Shown here one piece after another: positions 1 to 11,182 of a stretch of DNA of 64,000 nucleotides. Both the position numbers and the translations under genes were made by a program. Within the stretch, counting starts at the first letter, position 1. Each line of letters begins with the position of its first letter. The notes beneath the pieces were generated by a model, which was given only the letters and a program-made list of their open reading frames with translations, was not told the DNA's origin and ran no database searches. The stretch spans positions 88,538,001-88,602,000 of the forward strand of contig NC_058368.1 in the NCBI RefSeq assembly GCF_018350175.1. Reading direction: 5' to 3'. The stretch comes from Felis catus (lineage: Eukaryota).

Positions 1-399
1 GGTGTGTGGGTCACCTCCTGGAGTGGAGCTAGCATGAGCTTCAGTATGTCTATCAGCTTTAATTAAATGCAAAAGAAGAGCATTTTGGTGATTGTGATGC
101 ATACTTCAGGATTGTGGTCACCAAAGTTCCACACCACTCCCTGCATTCCCTGGTGGTGGGTAAGGTCTCCATGGCTCTTAGACAGTGGCATGAACTACAG
201 GGTGCTGGCATACTGCACAACATGGCGATTCTAGTCAACATTTGTCACACACATTGACTCCTCTAGAACTCAAGACCAGATGCTGAGGTGGGTGCCATTC
301 TGGTAGAAAGGAAAATGGAAGCAGAATGTCTGCACACAGATATTTCTGCAGAGAGCATTTCTGACCTAAGACCTCACAACCAGTTTGTGTTGACACTTG

Positions 400-500
400 G
401 GTCTGAGTTCTGGCCATTTAACCTCTTAGTTTGCAACAAGGCCATTCAAATTCCATTGGCTAAAGCAAGTCATACAGCCAAGCCCATTTGGAAAGAAATG
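400..500 (-). mobile_element. Old MaLR (MLT1-like) LTR fragment
   Basis: Minus strand reads ggctttggctgtatgacttgctttagccaatggaat, resembling the conserved MLT1 motif gtgacttgctttggccaatggaatg. Confidence 0.45.
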
Positions 501-854
501 TGAATGTGGTCCACGGGGAGAGCCATGACCGGGAAGAGAAGGTGAATAACATGGGGACAAATAATACAACTTACCTTACTCTGCTAGCCTATAATCCCCT
601 AAACAGAATTACCTGATTTATTCTGTTTTGCAGTGGCAAGGAACATGCCTAGTATTTAGCAAATGAAGACAAGAAGATTGAAGGAAAGAACATGGCCCAC
701 TTTATTTGAAACATGTTTGTGGTTCTATGTCTTTTCATTTGGATCCAGAAAGATTTAGGTTTGAATGCAAGTACCCTTGTTTTTAGTGCATGATTTTTGG
801 CAGTAACATCGGTCATAGTTAAAATAAGAACAGACAACATTTCTTGAGTGTTTA

Positions 855-2565
855 ACATGAATTATAAACACTGCTAGGTTTGAAGTGATCCAGGGACTGT
901 GCCAGAGGGAAACCTAGCTGGGTGGCAGCAAAGACTTGCTGGGTGCTGGTGCCTGTGCCCAAGAGAGAAGTAATAGGTGATGAATCAACAAAAGCTACCT
1001 GTGTGGTGCTTCCCAAGACTTGCTGGGTGCTGGTGCCTGTGCCCAAGGGAGAAGTAATAGGTGATGAATCAACAAAAGCTACCTGTGTGGTGCTTCCCAA
1101 GACTTGCTGGCTTGGCTTTATATTTGGAAGTCAGCAAGGGCCATATGGGTACAACAGACTGAGGACAATGAATGTCAAGAGATGTCTGGAAGCAGATATT
1201 TCAGGGAGGAGAGGGGTCCAGTTGAGCCTGGTGTCCTTTGACACAAAGGATACAGCCAGGTTGCCCCTGAAGTGGATTCCAGGGTGGCCATTGACCCTGG
1301 AAGACTTGAATTTTCCTGCATCTATCCTGTGTGCATTCCCGCTGGGGGCTGGAGGGACAGTAGGAGCAGGAGCAGCCCTACACCAGGCAGGGGGAAACCC
1401 TGGAGTTGCTCAGCCCCACACTTCAAGATGGGCACACACTCACCCCACAGTGCTCTATTGATGGTATGGGGTGCTGCTTCCTCCTCATAGCCTCAGTCAT
1501 CAGTGATGCCTGGAAACCCACCCAGGGTGTGGTGGCCATCTTGCCGGGTCCCCTTGTCCCCAGAAATCACAGTCTTCTTTGCTCATTGCAACCCCAAACA
1601 TCTTTTGTTTGTATGGCCTGAAAGTGTCAGGTGCAGGGGAGGAGTTGCTCCAGCATTGTTTCTTTTCCAATATTACTTAGGTATTATCTTCGTCTGGTTC
1701 TTCTTCTGGGCCACCACTGAAGCTGTTGCTGGGGTTTGAGGGCACTCCTGCTTCACTTTCTGTTACATCTTCTGCGTCATCTGGAGCATCGTGGACACGG
1801 TTCAGCTTTTTTCTTTTGCAGCTTCAGGAAAACATCAGGTGCAGCTGCACGAGATCGTGTGGCAGGATGTTTGGGGCAGATCTGACAACAGGTCTAGGGC
1901 TTATTTTGGAACATGCCTTTTGAAGTCTTGGGGTGGAAGTTTCCCTGTAGAACTCATGGCTGGCATGAAGGAAGAGACCCTTCCATGGTTGTCCCAGGGC
2001 TGAATGAAGGCTACAGTCCAGTGTCATCAGGGCCCCATCCCTGATTGCCCTACATTTTTGACTGCTGAGTTCTTCTACTGCTTTCCTGTCCTATTCACAC
2101 TCTGAGAGCTCTCAACATGTTCTGCTCTGTTGTGGACCCTGTCACATTTGAGTGTCTAGGTATACATGGTGGTGATATGTGCTCCTGCTTCACATGGATG
2201 TGACTTTACACACTGACTGCAGGACATGAGTGTGTGGGTAACAGACAGTGTGGACTTCCCTGATCGACTTGACTACACATGAGGCAGCATCTACAGAACC
2301 TGAAACTCATACTGGGAAGTGGTACCTGAGGTGACCCCGCATCACTCATGGCATCATTGGAGATTCAGGGGACCCATGGACATTGGAATCTCCCAATCAA
2401 GTAGGAATCCTACAAGCCCCCTCCCCATTGAAACTGCATCTACTAAGTGCTTCCAGAGATGCACAGCTAGGCGAGTTGAGCTGTCCTGCTTGCATGAACC
2501 TCGGGAACTCTGTCATGTTCCCTAAGCTCCTGGATGTTTGAAGGGGGTGATCAAAAACTGCCCAA
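855..2565 (-). pseudogene. POM121L: Degenerate intronless POM121-like (nucleoporin) pseudogene
   Basis: Minus-strand translation across frameshifts gives POM121/POM121L-like blocks in the correct order: LGSF* (~MGSYL, 2565), MLPHV*SSRSGKSTLSVTHTLMSCSQ (~VLPTVCWNGYHKKAVLSPRNSRMVCSP), EQNMLRALR (~KETVLRALK), VSSFMP, QGNFHPKTSKGMFQNKP*TCCQICPK, DTFRPYKQK, VGFQ/ITDD*GYEEEAAPHTINRALWGE (~LGYRVTVEDLDREKEAAFQRINSAL), then an S/T-rich QQVLGSTT tail. Multiple stops. Matched by eye to recalled proteins. Confidence 0.75.
931..1110. repeat. 84-bp tandem repeat (2 full copies plus 12 bp)
   Basis: aagacttgctgg starts at 931, 1015 and 1099; the two full units differ at one base (aagaga/aaggga). Confidence 0.95.
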
Positions 2566-5500
2566 TGTCTCATGCCCACTAGTGATGTTCTGGGGAAGCT
2601 CTTGGTTGACTTGAGCAGGTTGGGAAGACAGGGCTGCATCCTGCAGGGTGAGATGATGATCAACTCCTGGGGCTCTCTTCTCATAGAATACAGTGCATAT
2701 GCCTCCTGGATTCCTCCCTCCAGGGTCCCTTACTGGCATCCACAGCACTCCTTCCAGGTTCAGCAGCTGCTGGTGGAATGACAGCCCAGCACTTCAGGGC
2801 CTTGTATAGACTAGATTAAGGTTCCTTGGGGAATGTGCTCAGGATATCCTTCAGTGCCTACAGGGATTATGGCATTATTCTTATCTCCTCTTTGTGGTCA
2901 CAAGCCTGGGCAGCATCCCAGGTTTTGGATGGTTTTCCTGAATTGACATGTAAGCTATGCAGAGATGGAGAACACGTGCCCAGGTTTCCTTACCACATAT
3001 GCATTTGCTCCTCTGGTGACTGCAAACCTGCTTCCCTTGCTTTTAATCCTAAATCTGGCGAAGGGGTGCTTCTTGGGAACTGAAAGGAAGAGCAGAATCC
3101 AGCATGACCAGGTCCATCTAGGGAGGAAGCACACAGAGACATCACCCAGGTAGATCCCCACTTCCTGAGGCAGCTCCAAAAATTTGGGCTCAGCCCTGCT
3201 GAGTCCCAGACCCACTCCCTCCTCGACCATTTTCTCCAGACTTCATGCTTCAGCACCAGGGTGACACTAAGTGTCCAGAGGGACACTAAGAAAGGGACTG
3301 AGAGATTCTGCAGAGAGGTTGCATACAAGCTGCATATGCAAGGCATCAGTGCCTGTATGAGACCAGGTATATTAGCATGGGAATTATAAAAGAATTGAAT
3401 GGGGAGGGCTCCAAAGAGCTGCTTATGGATGGCAGAAGAGAGTTTGTGCAAGACATGGAGGAGGAGACGAATTACAGGCACCACGTTGCTCCTTTCTTCT
3501 GAATCCTTGCCATCCTTGGAGTTGCCTTCCTTTGGACGGCATCAATGATGTTTGGGTGGCTGTTGAAAAGGGCAGTGGAGAGTTAGTGGAGGGGAGAACC
3601 TGTGGTCCTCTGCTCTTGGAATGATGGATCCTGGCTAAAGGGTGATGGGTCTTTAGTTCTGAGTCCTCCGGACCTCAGGCCCTTGACCACTTCAGGGAGG
3701 AGTGGGTCTCCTATCTAACACTCAATTGTACCATCTCAGTTTCTCTCCATGACCAGGAATGAAGCCTGTGTCATCCCGCCCATCCTCCAGGTGGTCACTG
3801 TTCCCATGGCTGTGCAGGACTTTGCTTTGTTCCCTCCTTGCCACTCATATTCCATGTCCCCCTTCCTCCTCCCTTTCCAGATATATTCCATTTCCATTCT
3901 TCTGCAAACCTCTACAGTCATACTGTTCTCAAATACGAGGAAACATAGATGATTTCCTGGTACTACTCAATCAATCCTTGATCTCTCCTGTTTGGGGAAG
4001 CACCTGTCATGTGTCTGTGTTGCCAGGTACCGAAAGGGAGAGCACTGACAGTATGAACATATCCAGTGTCTGTTTTGTCACTGAGATGACCTTCCTTGGG
4101 ACACACTTTAGCCAAAAACAACCTCAACATTTTCCTTAACCATTTCAGAGAATGAGTGGAAATGAGAGGACAGTAGTGAGTCAAATTCTCCAGAATCTCT
4201 ATGTGAGACACTGGAAAGTGTCCCACAGCAGAGCCACACAAACACACAGTAACTCCTAGGGATCTCACTAGTCCTCAAGGGAAACAATGGAGGGCTTGTT
4301 CCCTGGGCTGGACTAAGGAATGGTCACATAGAGGCCATGACCACGGTATATGGAGATAGAACTGGTGCTGTGAAGCAGAAAAATTGGGTTCAGAGAGGGA
4401 TATTGACCCCATGGTCTGGCTTCCCAGAAGCTCTGTCCTATGCCTAGCTAGTGCCATGTGACAGGCAACAGGGCTGTGACAGCAAGTATGGGAAGCAGGC
4501 CCAGCATGCCCTTCACACAGGCCTCTAGAACACATGCTGGAAATGGAGGGTCTCCAGGGAAGCTGCTCAGGGCTCTTTCTCAGGGAAGCACATTCATACA
4601 TCAAATTCCACAGTTGTGGGAAGGCTGCAATGAGCTAAGGGACATGGAAGGATATGTAATGACCACAGAGGAAATCTTCTGGGATTTATCCAGCTCAGGG
4701 GGAGGTAATTTTGGTAGAGCAAACAGGACAGAAACGTAAAGATTTGCTATAACTCCTGTAGGTTACCTCGGAGAGGGTTTACCTCTCATCTACCTCCTGG
4801 CTCAAGCTAGAACTGGTTCTCATACCTGGAAGAGGGATATTTCGTTCTCAGCTCATGTGTATTGTAGGTCAATGACAAGAAAGACCCTAATCCCTCATGC
4901 ACACTTCCTGAAAGGTGCTAACCAAACAGTCCAAGCTTTGACATTTTGCTGTGGCAAAGGGAGGGGAGTGATGATTTGATGGGAAAGATGATTTAAAATA
5001 GCAAAGTAAGAAACGTTTATTACAAACACAGCTCCCTCAATGCCCATGGACACAATTTAATTTATAGTATGTCCATCAACTAGGAGAAGAACACATCAGA
5101 CTTCTACACCTATTTAGCTTTCCCTCTGGTTTCCTGGCCAGCTTCCTTGGTCTCTGGAGCAGCAGGTGCACCCCCACTGTTCCTGAAGACCTCTCCCACT
5201 GCTCCTGAGTGCTGTTCCCTACCTGCAGAGTCTTCCTCTTCACTGCTGGAGTTTGCTATGCTCTCCAGACAAAAACCTGTAAGAAGAAAAATATGAGAAA
5301 TCTTGTTCTTAGCAAGAGGGGTTTGCCCAGCAGTCCTACTCAAGTTGAGGTTTCCGAGGGTCATATAGCAACTGCCTGAACTTTCTGTTCCATTCTCAAA
5401 TGTTCACTGGGCTCAGTGGAGGCAGAGCCCTTCAAGAAGACATGGATCACACTTTCAAACTTTCCCATTAGACAAAGAAACTAACAAAATCACTTTCATA

Positions 5501-5899
5501 CTATCATTTCTACATCTGCATTACACTTTGCCTCTCTAAATGTCACATCCAGAAATTCCAACTGTTATGGGACACTTGAAATGTTGCTAGTATGATGGAG
5601 CAATCAGAGGTTTTATGTTATTTTATTATGATAGTGTAGGCCACTGAGTTAAAGATTGTGAAAAATTGGTTTTACACCTATTCCACACTAAATCATACAG
5701 CATGAAATCCAAAGATGAAGAAGACATAACATGTGTTCCCCTGCTTACTCCTCTGACATCAATTTCTGGCCAGATCTGATATTTGATGTGTAAGTAAGTA
5801 GTTCCTGGGATCCTGCCAGGCACCATTTGAGGCCTTGGGACACCAAAAGAGGAAAGTCAACAGCCACTTCCTAGAATAGTTATCATAGGTTCAATGCAC

Positions 5900-7180
5900 A
5901 ATGTCACTTTCCAGAAATCGAAAAGCCTAAAAACATATGGAAGCACAAATTTGCCCACATAGTCAACAAATTCTTGTGAATGAAGAACAAGCTGGTGGCT
6001 CCATACTTGCGGAGAGGAAAATACATCAGAAAGATACAGAAAGCAAACACCATGGTACTGGGATCATTAAACAAGGGGATAGATGATAGACAAATATAGA
6101 GAGCCCCCACGTAATCTCTCACACTTAAGGCATACTCACCAATACTACACATGGGGCAAGGGTAGTCTCTTGAACAATCCACAGATTGAGAAGGAAACCT
6201 ACAAAATACAAGAACGTATTGCCAAGCCTTCTATCAGAAAAAGTGTTTATTTGCAAAATGGGAAGTAAGGGCAACTAACCAATTTGAGAATGGGCAAAAG
6301 ACTTGAATATTCATGGCTCCAAGGGAAAACAAAATCAATTGCCAGATTTAAGATTTAAACAGATTTAAGAAAAGACACTGACATAACTAATCATGAGGGA
6401 AATGCAACTGCAAGGAAAATGAGATATCGCTTCATCTGTTAGCATGGCTAGGATCCAAACCAAAAACCAAAAAACAAACACCAAATGCAGGTGTTGATAA
6501 GGATGGGGAAAATTTGAAACATTGACTGTGGTTAATCATAAGGCAAAATGGAAGATATCATGGAAGACTGTCTTGAGTTTATTCAAATAATGGCAAATAG
6601 AACTCCCATCAAATCCAGTAATCATGCGTCTGAATATACATCCAATGGAAAGGAACTCATTATGTCGAACTTATACCTGTGATCCCATGTGCATCACAAT
6701 ATGTACACCATAGCCAGGATATGGATATTTTACTCCAGTGCCCATCAACACAGGAATTTCAAAGAAAAAGAGATATATTCATAGGATATGGCATTATTTA
6801 GCTTTTAGATGATGAGGACATCCTGTGATTTATGGGAAACAGGAATGTCATAGAAGACATTCATCTAAGTGAAACAAGTCAGTCTCTGCAAAACAAATAC
6901 TGACTGACTGCATTTACATGTGGAGTGGAAAATACTCAAGGTTTCCTGGTAGCAGAGTACAGATGGGTGATTTCCAAGAAATTGGGGAGGAGACAATGAG
7001 GTGTGGCTATTCGATGCGTGTGGAGAATTTGTCCTATTTGATGGAAGAGTCTGGAACATGGGGCACAACCCTTTGCATCAATTTAACAATAATGTGCCGT
7101 ATCCTTGGAAATGTGTCACATTCCCTGTGTTTTTACCACCAAAATATAAGTAAAACAAAGTATAAATTTTAAAAAAGAGA
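5900..7180 (+). mobile_element. Old L1M ORF2 3' end and 3'UTR, heavily diverged
   Basis: Decayed L1 motifs (gaatgggcaaaagacttgaat, catgaggaaaatgcaa, ctaagtgaaacaagtcagtc) ending in an A-rich tract near 7140-7180. Confidence 0.75.
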
Positions 7181-8731
7181 ATTCAGAAGAATTAATCATC
7201 TAGGAAGATGGAAGAACAGCATAGAAGTTTATTCTGTGTCTCGTGTCCATGAAATATAGCCAGACCAACACTAAACCATCCAACACACCTAGTAAACTGA
7301 CTGGAGGATTAACACAACAATCTGCACAACCTGAAACACAGAATTCAGCAGGTACACGGCACGGAGAAGTGAATTTGGGAAGCAAGAAGGTGCAGGAAGG
7401 GAAGTGCTTTTGTTAGCAGAGAGAGGACGGAGACTGAGGGGGGGAGGGCGGAGAATATGGGAAAAGCACCCTTCCCCAAATGTAGCTGGAGAGAAAGTGG
7501 AAAATTGGAAACAGCCGCAGGGACTAAACTAAAAAGGGAGAAAGGAGAGGGTTTAAATTCCATTAAGACTGTAAACAAGGGGAGCACAGTCTGCAACTCC
7601 ACAGCTCGATACCTGGCGGGGCTCTGGTGGGAAGGGCGAATCACCAGAAACAGAGTGGGGTCCAGGAGGTTCTTGGAAAAAAGCGGTTCCACTGCTGGAA
7701 GGACATTTGGTAGAGACTGTTGAAGTACCTGGTCCCAGCAGACCCCGGAAGGCAGCCACATTCACTGGTGCTGGGGCAAAGTCATTGGGGGTGAAGCCTG
7801 GTGCCAGATGTGTGTTGTGATTTTCCATAATCCCTGAAACGCCCCTGCCACACTATCTCACGAACTTTTTCTGGGGCAGACTGGCACCTGGCAGTAGTCT
7901 CAGGGCACTGGCAGCAGCAAGGTCCAGCAAGTGTTCCTGGGTGCAGCCGACATTTGGCCATTGCTCATTCGGCCACTGCTCAGTGAAACCCTCTGGCAGA
8001 GGGCTGAACAGGTCAAAGCTGAAGTCCTTCAGAAGTAAGGGGCCAGGGAAAACAGCCACATCTGAGACAAAACTTGGGAGAGAGGTACTGCCTGGGGTTT
8101 GGTCATGGAGAGTGAAGAAGCGGGGAGTGAACAAAAGCTGAAGACAGAGGACATGTGCACGATTGATGATCAGAGAGATCATTTTCCCACACTAGAGACT
8201 GGGTAAATGGGTGACACCATTTTCACCGCATGCGCATACACACCTATGAGCACTGCAACAATCCACCTGAGTAGGCTAGCAGCGCCATCTAGTGAACGGA
8301 GCTGTTACACTGAGCCCCGCACAACTGGGCCAACCTCACTCTTCAAGAACACAAGTCTCACTGTGTACTTGGTTTATGGACTATAAAGCACTACATAGTC
8401 TGACTTCTAGGGGAAACCAAGTAATTTCATTCCTATTTCAATCTGTTAGCAGCTCCATCTATTCAATTTTCTTTCTTTTTTTTCCTTTTTTTTTCTCTTT
8501 TACACTCTTCCTTTTCTTGAATACAGAAAGAGAAAAAAATCATTTTTATTTTCAATTTTTATTAAAAATATTTTTCTTTAATTTTTATCACTATATTTTT
8601 TAATTTGTGTAAATTTGTCTACCTCTGTGTATCACCTTTTTAAATTTTCAATTTGCTTTTTTTCTCTTTTTCTTTTTTCTTTTTCTTTCTTTTCTTTTTC
8701 TTGAATGCAGAAAGAGAAACACTTCATTTTT

Positions 8732-9470
8732 TTTAAACTTTTATTTTTATTTTTATTTTTTTAATATATGAAATTTATTGTCAAATTGGTTTACATACAA
8801 CACCCAGTGCTCATCCCAAAAGGTGCCCTCCTCAATACCCATCACCCACCCTCCCTTCCCTCCCACCCCCCATCAACCCTCAGTTTGTTCTCAGTTTTTA
8901 ACAGTCTCTTATGCTTTGGCTCTCTCCCACTCTAACCTCTTTATTTTTTTTTCCTTCCCCTCCCCCATGGGTTTCTGTTAAGTTTCTCAGGATCCACATA
9001 AGAGTGAAACCATATGGTATCTGTCTTTCTCTGTATGGCTTATTTCACTTAGCATCACACTCTCCAGTTCCATCCACGTTGCTACAAAAGGCCATATTTC
9101 ATTTTTTCTCATTGCCACGTAGTATTCCATTGTGTATATAAACCACAATTTCTTTATCCATTCATCAGTTGATGGACATTTAGGCTCTTTCCATAATTTG
9201 GCTATTGTTGAGAGTGCTGCTATAAACATTGGGGTACAAGTGCCCCTATGCATCCGTACTCCTGTAGCCCTTGGATAAATTCCTAGCAGTGCTATTGCTG
9301 GGTCATAGGGTAGGTCTATTTTTAATTTTCTGAGGAACCTCCACACTGCTTTCCAGAGCGGCTGTACCAATTTGCATTCCCACCAACAGTGCAAGAGGGT
9401 TCCCGTTTCTCCACATCCTCTCCAGCATCTATAGTCTCCTGATTTGTTCATTTTGGCCACTCTGACTGGC
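8732..9470 (-). mobile_element. 5'-truncated younger felid L1 inserted antisense into the 5'UTR of the larger L1
   Basis: Uninterrupted ORF2 C-terminus (ORF 8987-9478), different 3'UTR type from host, polyT at 8732-8762, 17-bp TSD agaaacacttcattttt at 8715-8731 and 9471-9487. Confidence 0.95.
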
Positions 9471-10079
9471 AGAAACACTTCATTTTTACTTTCAATTTCT
9501 ATTAAAATTTTTTCTTTAATTTTTTCCTATTTTTTTGCTTTTACATAAATTTTTGAAATTCTCTTTACTTCCATCATTTTGCTTTAGTCTACTACAGTGT
9601 ATCCACTTTTTCAAATTTTCAAACGATTTCCTTTTTCTTCTTCTTTCTTTTTTAAATCTTTTTTAAAATCTTTTTTCTTTTTTATTTCTTTTCTTTTTCT
9701 TGACTACAGAAAAAGAAAATATTCAAATTTATTTTTAATTTTTATTAATTTTCTTTATTTTTTCTACTTTATTCTTTATATTTGTGTATATTTTTTCAAA
9801 CTCTATTTTACTCCCATCATCTCTTTTTAGTCTTCTTCAGTGCTCATTTTTTCAAATGCTTGAATGATTTCCCTTTTTCTCTCCCCCCTTTTATTTTTTC
9901 CTCTAATCTGTCAAACCACTTTCAACACCCAGACCAAAACACACCTAGAATCTAGCATCATTTATTCAATTTTTGTGTGTGTTTTAAATTTTTTACTTTT
10001 AATATTTTTTAATTTATTTTTTAATTTTATTTTTTTCTACCTCATTTATTCCTTTTCTCCCTTCAAAATGACAAAATGA

Positions 10080-10307
10080 GGGCGCCTGGGTGGTGCAGTC
10101 GGTTAAGCGTCCGACTTCAGCCAGGTCACGATCTCGCGGTCCGTGAGTTCGAGCCCCGCATCAGGCTCTGGGCTGATGGCTTGGAGCCTGGAGCCTGTTT
10201 CCCATTCTGTGTCTCCCTCTCTCTCTGCCCCTTCCCCGTTCATGCTCTGTCTCTCTCTGTCCCAAAAATAAATAAACGTTGAAAAAAAAAGAATACTCTT
10301 TTAAAAA
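10080..10307 (+). mobile_element. Young Can-SINE (SINEC_Fc type)
   Basis: gggcgcctgggtggtgcagtcggttaagcgtccgact head, CT-rich body, aataaa, A tail; 16-bp TSD caaaatgacaaaatga at 10064-10079 and 10308-10323. Confidence 0.97.
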
Positions 10308-10311
10308 CAAA

Positions 10312-11182
10312 ATGACAAAATGAAGGAATTCACCCCAAAAGAAAGAGCACAAAGAAACGACAGCCACGGATTTAACCAACAAAGATAAAAGCAAGAAGTC
10401 TGAGCCAGAATTTAGAATCACGGTAATAAGAATACTAGCTGGAGTCAGAAAATAGATTAGAATCCCTTTCTGCAGGGATAAAAGAAGTAAAAAATAGCCA
10501 GAATGAAATAAAAAATGCTATAACTGAGCTGTAATCACAGATGGATGCAGCAGCGGCAAGGATGGATGAGGCAGAACAGAGAATCAGTGACACAGAGGAC
10601 AAACTTATAGAGAATAACGAAGCAGAAAAAAAGAGAGAGATTAAGGGAAAAGAGCACAATTTAAGAATTAGAGAAATCAGTGACTCATTAAAAAGGAACA
10701 ACGTCAGAATCATAGGGGTGACAGAAGAAGAAGAGAGAGAAATAGGGGTAGAAGGTTTATGTGAGTAAATCATAGCATAAAACTTTCCTAACTTGGAGAA
10801 AGACACAGACGTCAAAATCCAGGAAGCACAGAGGACCACCGTTACATTCAACAAGAACCGACCATCAGCAAGGCATATCGTAGTCAAATTCACAAAATAG
10901 TCAAGGAGAGAATCATGAAAGCAACAAAGGAAAAAAAAGTTCCTAACCTACAAGGGAAGACAAATCAGGTTTGCAGCAGACCTAACTACAGAAACGTGGC
11001 AGGCCAGAAAGGAGTGCCAGGATATATTCAGTGTTTTGAATCAGGAAAACATGCAGCCAAGAATGTTTTATCCAACAAGGCTGTCATTCAAAATAGAAGG
11101 AGAGATAAAAAAGTTTCCCAGGCAAACAAAAATTAAAGGAATTTGTGACCACTAAACCAGCCCTGCAAGAAACTTTAAGGGG
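10312..11182 (+). pseudogene. L1 ORF1 remnant (stops and frameshifts)
   Basis: MTK*RNSPQKKE start, coiled-coil EAEQRISDTEDK, KRNNVRIIGV, C-terminal TTKPALQETLRG. Confidence 0.9.

Noticed and set aside
922..1461. 179-aa plus-strand ORF with repeated KTCWVLVPVP
   Set aside because: Antisense shadow of the POM121-like pseudogene and its 84-bp repeat; starts at a non-ATG codon.
2990..3559. 164-aa minus ORF and a kinase-like HPNII peptide at the 3559 acceptor
   Set aside because: No other kinase motifs follow and the HPNII frame stops quickly; no recognisable family.
10076..10282. ORF MRAPGWCSRLSVRLQPGHDL (and the similar 29777-30016 ORF)
   Set aside because: Translation of the Can-SINE body, not a gene.
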